From Octopus sinensis (taxonomy: Eukaryota), in the NCBI RefSeq assembly GCF_006345805.1, contig NW_021829606.1:1-31463 (forward strand): DNA of 31,463 nucleotides. The letters run 5' to 3'. The position numbers and the translations under genes are program-made. Shown here piece after piece: positions 22,549 through 31,463 of the stretch. Numbering within the stretch: the stretch's first letter is position 1; each line of letters begins with the position of its first letter. The notes under the pieces are model-generated. The model worked only from the letters and a program-made list of their open reading frames with translations, ran no database searches and was not told where the DNA came from.

Positions 22549-22785
22549 GTGGAGGCACGTGGCTTAGTGCTTTGAGCAGTGGACTCGCGGTCGAGGGATC
22601 GCGGGTTCGAATCTCAGACCGGGCGATGTGTGTGTTTATGAGCGAAACACCTAAGCTCCACGCGGTTCCGGCAGAAGGTAATGGCGAACTTCTGCTTGAG
22701 AAAGCCACAACTTTTACTCTTTCCTCCTGCATCTTGCAGCTCGCCGTCCAGGTGGGGAACCAGCGCTTATGATCCAGGAACAAAC
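22549..22785 (+). mobile_element. SINE family C, tail type 1, with internal deletions
   Basis: Nearly collinear with 759-1058; shortened around GTCCAGGTGGGGAACC. Confidence 0.88.
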
Positions 22786-23099
22786 ATATATAATATAAAT
22801 ATATATATATATATATATAATTTTCCTGTGGTTTTTCATGTTCCATTACCTATATATATAATATATATATTTAATATTCAATCAGCCGAAATTACTACGA
22901 TATCCGTTCTTGACTGTAAGACTGAGGGTTTCGAGTGTCCTGTCCGTGTTTATTGTGTCGTCTTCTAAGAGTTATACGTTCTTGTCCATGTGGTTTTTTC
23001 TACATACCTTAATATATATATATAGATAATATTACATATATATATATATATATATAATATATATATATATATACACTACACGCACGCACTCTGATCAAG

Positions 23100-23283
23100 A
23101 TAGAAGACAGACGGACGACGGATGGTAGACGGATGGATAGATGGATCGATAGATGGATAGATAGAGTTAGATAGAGGGGGATAGATAGATAACAGATGGA
23201 TAGATAGACAATGGATAGATGGGTAGATAGATATAGATAGATAGATAGATAGATAGATAGATGGATGGATGGATAGATAGATA
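23100..23283. repeat. Degenerate (GATA)/(GGAT)n microsatellite
   Basis: Directly visible. Confidence 0.9.
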
Positions 23284-23776
23284 TAACAGTATGTCTGTCA
23301 TTCTAAGTCTCGTGAGGCTTAGTTATCAGTTATTACATGTGTGCATGTGTGTTTGAATGTACGGTTGTATGTGTGCGTGTGCATGGTGCGAGTCGGTATG
23401 CGCATGCGTGCTTGTGTGTATTCGTGGATGGATTATTGCAGAAACACCCTGATGAAGGAGTATGTTCGTCATTGGTCTTCTTGTTATATTTCATTCCTGT
23501 ACTGTAGCATCATGGGCAAGTATCTTTTCTGCGGTTTCGAGTCGACTTAATGCTTGTGTGAGAAATCAGCGCACGGGTTTCGAAACCAGCCCAGCGGAAG
23601 CATTATACCTGTAATTCATGCTACCAGTTAATCTACTTTATACGTCAAGCCTATTCTCCCTGAGAATTATGCTAACATTTGACGTGCCTGCGGAATATTC
23701 CGTTGCGTACACGCTAATTCAATAAACGGGCGGGTTCCTTAGTCAGACAGCTAGAACACCCTTCGTCAGAATTATC

Positions 23777-24190
23777 GGCGTGCTGGCAGAAACGTTAGCG
23801 CGCTGGGCAAAATGCTTAGTGGTATTTCGTCTGCCGTTACGTTTCTGAGTTCAAATTCCGCCGAGGTCGACTTTGCCTTTCATCCTTTCGGGGTTGATAA
23901 ATAAAGTACCAGTCACGCACTGGGGTCGATGTAATCGACTTAATACCTATGTCTGTCCTTGTTTGTCCCCTCTGTGTTTAGCCCCTTGTGAGTAATAAAG
24001 AAATAGTTATTTCGTCTGCCGTTACGTTTCTGAGTTCAAATTCCGCCGAGGTCGACTTTGCCTTTCATCCTTTCGGCGTTGATAAATAAAGTACCAGTTA
24101 CGCACTGGGGTCGATGTAATCGACTTAATCCCTTTGTCAGTCTTTGTTTGTCCCCTCTATGTTTAGCCCCTTGTGGGCAATAAAGAAATA
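23777..24190 (+). mobile_element. SINE family A tandem pair (long-long) inside one TSD
   Basis: Junction AAAGAAATA|GTTATTTCGTC at 24006. Outer TSD TCGTCAGAAT at 23763-23772 and 24199-24208. Confidence 0.92.
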
Positions 24191-24799
24191 TATAATAATC
24201 GTCAGAATGATAATAATCGTAATAATATAATATTATAATATAATAGTTATAATATAGTGATTGGAAAAATATATATTGATTGGAGAGATTTCAAGATTAT
24301 CCACCTGTGTAAATTGTACTCCTAGTTTGATTGTTTAGGAAGGGTATGAAGTTAAAAAAGTCTAGGTTCCTATTTACCCATTATTACTAGTGTAATATCA
24401 TTATAAACATAATGAAGTTATTAGTTTTGGCTGGTAGTGATATGCTAAATTATAGAGTCAATGACTAAATTATTTATCTATGTTCTGTATAAATAAGTAT
24501 AAAGTTCTCAGATTGATTGATACGTGCATACTATATGGGTTCAGAATTTAGTTAGGTGAAAGTAAACCGAATAAGTAAGCAGTTGGGGGTAAAACTAGGA
24601 GTTGTTAATCCAATGCCTGACTAGTGGCAGGAGAGAGCAGATGATGAAAATTCCAATGTGAGTCGATCATCAAGGGATTAAAGTAGATAATGGAGACTTA
24701 AGGATTATAGTATTTAAAGGTTTTAGTCAGTTTATGCATAGAAGTTGGTTTGAATTCCGATCTTTTATTAACTAGCTTGTCTTTATCAGTGAATCTAAT

Positions 24800-25808
24800 G
24801 AGGAGTATTTCGTCTTTGTCCTAGAACACTGCAGCTAGAATCTTTCCAATTGAATTTTGGGTTCGAAACTTCTTGAGACACAGTGAACCGTTATGGTCCC
24901 ACTCCATTGATTGCTGCTTGGTCTGGAGATAATAATGATAATTAAATTTTTAAATTAATTTAAATTAAATTTTTATTGGCTCAAAAAGCAAAAGCAAGGC
25001 CATGTAGGGGGACAGGGAGTTATGTAGTGGGAGGATGGTCATACAAAAAGCTCAGGCCACTTCCAGTCAAGAGAGACTTTGAACCGAGCGGTCGCCGCAT
25101 CTTCACTATCTCGTCCGGCAGCTTATTCCACGGATCCGCAACCCGGATGGGGAAAGCCCCTCTCCTTCGATTGAGATAAAGCCAAATTACATATATAATG
25201 ACTAAACGAACTATAAAACCAGCCTCTCCTGTTGTAGAACGGTCCAAAATTGTCTTTGACGTCGTCACTCTGATGCGCTTCTGGTCTGCGTTCAGGAATT
25301 TCGGCACCCATTTTGCAGGAAGTTTTCTCAAGTCTAGAATATTGTAGATGATGAGGTCAAGTCTTTTGCAAGAAATCTGCTGAGTCTCAGCTATGATTTT
25401 AGCGGAAATCCGGCGGTTCTCGAAAATCATGGCGTGCACAGCATCGCCTTTGTCCTCTGTGGTTGTGGAGGTTGGCCGTTCTGACCGCGGATGATCTGTG
25501 ACCTCGAAATTACCAGTCCGAAACCTTGAGACCCAAATTTTCACACTGTGAAGTAAGATGGGCAGCGATCCTTCAAAACTTCCTTTATTTCGTCATGGGT
25601 TTCCGCCGCTCCTTTGTCTTGCAAAAAGAGGAACATATGACAGCCCGTGCTTCAATTTATGAACACCCACTGTAGGAGTTGCCATTAGGCATTTAGTCTG
25701 CAAAAAAGAGAGATGTTTATTGTATATCGTCATGATTCTTCTAACAGTTGTCCATCTCTCCTTTCGCGGAAATCTTTAAAGCCAGGAACTTTTCAGCCCC
25801 GCCCCTCA
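24800..25808 (-). mobile_element. 5' half of a mariner element, interrupted by a CR1/L2 fragment
   Basis: 5' TIR (minus strand) TGAGGGGCGGGGCTGAAAAGTTCCTGGC with TA at 25809-25810. Transposase reads IEARAVI...KIWVSRFRTG...KWVPKFL...WLY. After the insert it resumes TKQQSMEWDHNGS..KKFRTQNSIGKILAAVF*D. Confidence 0.88.
24933..25172 (-). mobile_element. 5'-truncated CR1/L2-type LINE 3' end
   Basis: RRGAFPIRVADPWNKLPDEIV resembles the CR1/L2 ORF2 C-terminal RVVxxWNxLP motif. It has an AATTT-type tail and a 7-bp TSD GAGATAA at 24926-24932 and 25173-25179. Confidence 0.8.
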
Positions 25809-25829
25809 TATGTGTGCATGCATATATGC

Positions 25830-25902
<73 letters not shown>

Positions 25903-25993
25903 ATCCAAACAAGAAAATACGAAAAAACACAGCAACGCGAGGACGTGAAACAAATAAAGTATTATGGACGCTCAGGAAAGAAGGGAAGGAGGG

Positions 25994-26035
<42 letters not shown>

Positions 26036-26649
26036 TATAGACATACATATACACATAACTTTATACATAATGTATATACACACACACGCACATGTACATA
26101 CATACATATATGCATACATTCATACATACATACATATTTACATACATACATACATACACAAAGAAACAAGACACTCTTTCGTGAATATTTTTTTCTTCGC
26201 AATCCTGCAAGCCACGAGCAATTTGAGCAGTCAAAACAAACATTGAAAGTTCAATCAGTAAGAAATATACCCACACATATACAATACACAGGCGAGCACA
26301 CACACACACACAGGCACACACGCACACACACTTACGCATACGTGATGCATATTTGTAATGGGATTTTTTTCTGCGTAAAAACATCAATGTTTTTACACAA
26401 TAATAGATTATACAGATGTATTCGCGTGTATTTACTCATATGTGGTAATTAATTTTAATTCCTTGCCTCTTTTAAGATTATCATTTAGTCTTTGAGTGTC
26501 TTTAGCAGAATGCGCTCACACGGCTGCAGACTTTCAGGTATGGGTCCTGTTCTGGGTGTTACTAAATTTCACATCTCCTTTAGACCACCCATATAATATA
26601 TATATATATATATAGATATATATACTATATAATATATATATATGTGTGT

Positions 26650-26697
<48 letters not shown>

Positions 26698-26944
26698 TGT
26701 GTGAGTGTATGTAAGTATGTATGTATATGTATGTATGCATGTATATATATGCATGTACATATATATGTATTTATGCATATGTATGAATGCATATATATGT
26801 ATGCGTATATGTGTGTATATGTATATATATATATATTATATGTGTGTGTGTATGTATGTATGTATGTATGTATGTATGCATGTACGTATGTATGTATGTA
26901 TGTATGTATGTATGTATGTATGTATGTATGTATGTATGTATATA

Positions 26945-27153
26945 AAAGGCGGGTACTGAAAAGTTTCCTGGCTTTAAGGATGTCACGAAAGACCTGGTCA
27001 GATAGCCAACCTTTTGAGTTCTTTTACAGGGCTCAGAAAGACTGAAGGACTGCTGCAATAGGTGTGTGAATTTGAGAAGGGAATATGTTGAATAAAATCA
27101 TAATTAACCGATCCTCTCCTGTATTTTCTTTGACCCCAAACTGTTGAGCATCG

Positions 27154-27158
<5 letters not shown>
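26945..27158 (+). mobile_element. Mariner-derived MITE (about 214 bp)
   Basis: The left TIR ..GGCGGGTACTGAAAAGTTTCCTGGCTTTA is the same type as at 25808. The right TIR is degenerate (AAACTGTTGAGCATCGCCTCG). It retains only the transposase C-terminus LQGSERLKDCCNRCVNLRREYVE*. Confidence 0.75.
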
Positions 27159-27234
<76 letters not shown>

Positions 27235-27719
27235 CCTTGCGATAAAATACCAGTTGAGCTCTGGGGTCAATGGAACTGACTTACCTCTTCCGCCAAACTT
27301 ACTGGCCTTGTGCCAAAATTTGAAACCATTTAAAGAAATCCTTGTGAAATTAAAAATATACCTGAACCAAGTAAACTGAGGTTATGAACTGAACAGAGCG
27401 AAAAATTGATAAATGGAGAGAGGGGGTGGGAGTGGGGGAGAAGGAAAAGGAATAAGAAAAGCGGACGAAAATTGCTCGAGAGTTATGAAAATGAAAACTG
27501 TTCAGGCGCGGGCCATCCTTGATTGGACAGATCTCTTATCAATAGTACCCATCAAATACTTTAGGAGTATCTTGGAACAAATTACTCCATATATTCCGAC
27601 CCCCTTTTTTTTTCAAGATTGCCGTTTGCGACTCGAATGAGATTTGACTGCTGTTTCTAGCACGTCAATCAACTTCAGGTGGGGTTTCACCATTGGCTCG
27701 ATACAGTTTAATATAAATT

Positions 27720-27975
27720 ATGTTAAGTCAAAAGTTTTGCAATATTTTGACAGCTTAATTTGTTTCATTCGTCAAATTACAAGAAAAGTATTCTAACATT
27801 CAAAGTAGAGGTCATCGTGTTGCACTGTTTGAAGCCAACTTTCTGCCAGTTCTTTGAACCCACGCTGATACCTGCTCATATCCTTTGAGGCGAAGAACTC
27901 TATCACGATGCTTTTACCTCATCTTGGTTGAAGAAGCTTTGCGAGTGTAGGGAGTGGGCCATGAATCAGAAAAGT
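27720..27975 (-). mobile_element. 3' fragment of another mariner element
   Basis: The minus strand reads EFFASKDMSRYQRGFKELAESWLQTVQHDDLYFEC*, a mariner C-terminus. Confidence 0.75.
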
Positions 27976-28019
27976 AATAATCGGAGGAAACTAGGTCCGG
28001 ATTGTAAGCTGTGCAGGAG

Positions 28020-29362
28020 GGGTAGTAGTTACTAGAAGATTAGATATTCCACAAGGAAAAATTAGAAAAGAGCAACAAAATAAAGTGAAGACTTTAAGGC
28101 AAGATCTGAGTAGAATAGAAGCCTGGAAAGTGAACGAAGTTAGGAAACACAAGATTTAAAGCTTCTCTTGAGAAAAGATACTTAGTCAAAGAGAAAGGGT
28201 TTGGGACAGTCATAGTAGAGTTGAAACAGCATATCATAGCAGCAGCAGGCAAGCTTCTCAGATGTCAGAAAAGAATAGAACGGTATAAAGTCAATAGATT
28301 ACTTGAGACAGACCAGAGAAGATTATATAACCAAATAAATAGGGAAGAAGAAAGTACTGAAGGTGAGATACCTAATGTAGAAGAAGCTAGAAATTTTGGG
28401 GGTAATATTTAGGATGAGCCAGTCAATCATAATGGAGATGCAGTAAGATTAAAGAAAGTGAGGGAAGAAGTAGTGAGAGAGAAGCAGCCAGATCTAAGAC
28501 TAACTAGTGCATTCAAGAGTAAAGTGTTAGGAAAAATGTCGAATTGGAAGGGCCCAGGACCAGATTTAGTTCAAGGATACTGGCTCAAGAAATTTAGTAG
28601 TTTATATGGCAGGCTGGGGGAACAACTTCAGGATTGCCTGAATGGAGGAATAATACCAGATTGAATGAACAGTGGAAGAACAAAACTCCTTATGAAAGAT
28701 AAAAGCAAGGGTAGTACAGTTAGCAATCATAGACCGATCACTTGCTTACCATTAGCGTGGAAGCTGTTCACAGGAATGCTTTCAGAAAACATTTACGAGC
28801 ACCTTGATAACCAGAATTTATGGTCAGAAAAACAGAAAGGTTGCAGGAAGAAGGCTAACGGAATGCATGATCTATTATACATAGACAAAGCAGTTCTTAA
28901 TGAAGTTAAACTCGAAAGAAAAATCTAACAACAGCATGGACAGATTCCAAAAGCACTTATGATATGATCCCACACTCATGGATAAGTGAATGTTTGAGTA
29001 TATTCAGTACAGCAGACAGCACAAGAGAATTAATTTTCTTTAGCATGAAGAAATGGAAAGTAGATCTCTACTCAGGTGACACAGTCTCGGGGAAGGTTAA
29101 TATTAAGAGAGGAATTTTTCAATTTTTAATACCTTTTAATATTTGTCTTATGTTTGATCCCCCTCAGTTCAGTATTAAGGAAAGCAAAGGCAGAGTATCA
29201 GTTCAGAAATAGTAATGGAAAAATTAACCATTTGCTCTACATGGATGATCTGAAGCTTTTTAGTAAGAGCGAAAAAGATTAAAGATTCCTTAATACAAAC
29301 CGAAAGACTCTTCAGCAAAGATATAGGCATGGAATTTAGCATATATAAGTGGGCAATATTTG
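28020..29362 (+). pseudogene. Degenerate RT of an R2-superfamily (R4/Dong-like) non-LTR retrotransposon
   Basis: NWKGPGPDLVQGYWLKK, NHRPITCLPLAWKLFT, KQKGCRK...DLLYID, YDMIPHSWI, KRGIFQ and NHLLYMDDLKLF motifs across several frames with stops. Cut off at 29363 by a MITE. Confidence 0.88.
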
Positions 29363-29763
29363 GGATCTTTTCGGTTTGAACGGCAGTTTTTAACATAATT
29401 TCTAGGTAACTAAAAAATTTTGAACTTCGTATACTGGTAGAATGTGTTTATAAAACAACTCTTTCTCTTGGCTTTATTCTATAGTTTGTAAGATATTTGT
29501 TGTTTTATTTTCTTCAATTTCTGCAATTTCATCCAATCAGTGACGTCTATTGAGGCAAAAGCATTCTGTGCCGTATGAATATGTCCCTCGTTTAAGAAAC
29601 AGATTGGGTTTATTTACATTTGTGAAGAAAAAAGATACCCTTCCCCCTAACCCTAACCCTAAAAGAGATTGAAATGCAATAGATCGATAGTAGGGTCATA
29701 ATTATGGGTGACAATTTCATATGACACCGCTAGAAAAAACTGCCGTTCAAACCGAAAAGATCC
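29363..29763 (+). mobile_element. MITE family 1, third copy, without matching TSD
   Basis: Same TIRs and orientation as 5642. The flanks AATATTTG (left) and CTAGTCTT (right) do not match. Confidence 0.92.
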
Positions 29764-30282
29764 CTAGTCTTATTAACTTAGCTGCCTCAGCTAGACGCAT
29801 GTCTTTCTGAAGCAGATCGATACAAAAATATTTTGCTTCTGGTTGCTGTTGCAGCGAATGTAGTCTGGTTCATATTGTCATTTATTACGATGTTATCCGT
29901 TGTAGTGGTAGTGGTGGTGGTGGTGGAGTTGGTTGTGATGGTGAAACTGTCACGATGTGATGCCTTCTGTTTATTCGTTGTAGTGGTGGTGGCGGAGTTG
30001 TCTGCGGTCTTGATGCTGCTGCTATGAACTGTCTTTTGGGTTGGAGTATTCCACTGAATTGGAGGGGATTCAGCTTCGCAGCTTCTGATGTTGCTAAAGC
30101 TGTATTATTATTTTTCGAAGTGTCTGCAATTTCGTGTGCGAGAATTTGAACCTGCTTTATGCTCACCTCCCCTTCTTTTTGTGGGTAGTAGGCGGAGAGC
30201 ACTACAGCGTCTTGCACCTCTCTATCTGAAACACCTATCACCTCCTCTTCTATGTTCTTCAACAAGGCTGGTTTCGCCATTT

Positions 30283-30702
30283 TCTTTTTCTCTTTTTCCT
30301 TGTTTCAGTCATTTTGACTGCGGCCATGCTGGAGCACCGCCTTTTAGTCGAGCAACTCGACCCCGGGACTTATTCTTTTTGGTCAGCCCAGTACTTATTC
30401 TATCGGTCTCTTTTACCGAACCGCTAAGTGACCTGGACATAAACACACCAGCATCGGTTGTCAAACAATGCTAGGGGACAAACACAGACACACAAAATAA
30501 CGCACACCACACACACATTATATATATATATATACATATATACGACGGGCTTCTTTCAGTTTCCGTCTACCAAATCCACTCACAAGGCTTGGTTGGCCCG
30601 AGGCTTAGTAGAAGACACTTGCCCAAGTTGCCACGCAGTGGGACTGAACCCGGAACCATGTGGTTGGTAAGCAAGCTACTTACCACACAACCGCTCCTGG
30701 CC
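30283..30702 (-). mobile_element. SINE family B, full length
   Basis: Reverse complement of the family B structure. Confidence 0.92.
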
Positions 30703-30919
30703 TGTTTGTTTTCGTTTTAAAATTTTTGAAACAATTATTTTGAGATTACAGAACCCAAAGGGGGCACTAACAACACAAAGCGACCCACCTATGCAAAGGT
30801 GGAGCTTTAGAAAAGCATTTAGTAACAAAATAAGCAATTAACAACTTTTCGAAACAAAATTTTGAAGGAAAAACTTACCAGCGCTCAAACACGTGCATCC
30901 CGTCAGGACGAATAATAAG

Positions 30920-31300
30920 ACTAATCCTTTCTACTACAGGCACAAGGCCTGAAATTTGGGGGAAGGGAACTAGTTGATTACATTGACCCCAGTGTTACAC
31001 TGGTACTTAATTTATTGATCCCGAAAGTATGAAAGGTAAAGTCGATCTCGGCAAAATTTGAACTCAAAACGTTAGGACGGACGAAATACCTATTTCTTTA
31101 TTACCCACAAGGGGCTAAACATAGAGGAGACAAACATGGACAGACATAGGTATTAAGTCGATTATATCGACCCCAGTGCTTAACTGGTACTTAATTTATC
31201 GACCCCGAAAGTATGAAAGGTAAAGTCGATCTCGGCAAAATTTGAACTCAAAACGTTAGGACGGACGAAATACCGCAAAGCATTTTGTTCGACGTGCTAA
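30920..31300 (-). mobile_element. SINE family A tandem pair (long-tail plus headless short-tail)
   Basis: Minus-strand junction AAAGAAATA|GGTATTTCGTC at 31091/31090. 30999-31090 and 31183-31274 are a 92-bp direct repeat with 2 mismatches. Confidence 0.93.
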
Positions 31301-31375
31301 CCATTTTACAAGCGATCAAACAAAATATTAACACACCTAGGACTAATTAATGTCCTTAATGAAATATATCAACAA

Positions 31376-31463
31376 CAGGCATGGCTGTATGGTTAAGAAG
31401 TTCGCTTTGCTGCCGTGTGGTTTTGAGTTCGGTACCAGTGCACGACATCTTATATGCAAGTTT
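31376..31463 (+). mobile_element. Diverged head of a family B-like SINE running off the window end
   Basis: CAGGCATGGCTGTATGGTTAAGAAGTT...GAGTTCGGTACC resembles the family B head. Confidence 0.55.

Noticed and set aside
23427-23520. Candidate exon NTLMKEYVRHWSSCYISFLYCSIMG with AG/GT borders
   Set aside because: The acceptor is weak and there is no recognisable homology. The faint similarity to the 4135 segment is probably chance.
26520-26592. Possible Tc1-like terminal repeat (…TTTAGACCACCCA|TA)
   Set aside because: No partner TIR or transposase motif could be found, so it is too weak to annotate.

Overview
This is AT-rich, microsatellite-dense animal nuclear DNA. It is most likely octopus (cephalopod), because I recognise the tRNA-derived SINE types; this was not confirmed by a search. 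There is no intact protein-coding gene, rRNA, true tRNA gene or CRISPR array, and most ORFs in the supplied track are microsatellite or SINE artefacts. The window is a nested transposon graveyard. It holds four tRNA-headed SINE families (here called A-D), RTE, CR1/L2 and R4/Dong-type LINE remnants, and mariner, maT and pogo-like DNA transposon remnants. It also has GGATC-ended MITEs with 8-bp target-site duplications (TSDs) and two non-autonomous Helitron-like elements. The most interesting signal is in SINE family A. At five loci a 'long-tail' unit is joined to another family A unit at the same internal position (AAAGAAATA|GGTATTTCGTC). At two of these loci the neighbouring units share private variants, and at one of those two the units carry tails of different subtypes. 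This pattern fits a SINE subfamily that inserts site-specifically into its own relatives and duplicates about 90 bp of target. Other notable items are a Helitron-like element carrying a 34-bp minisatellite derived from SINE B, an 82-bp locally templated insertion inside a SINE, and an inverted pair of repeats around a (TTA)n tract. Several unique segments have splice-like signals and could be exons of an unidentified host gene (low confidence).
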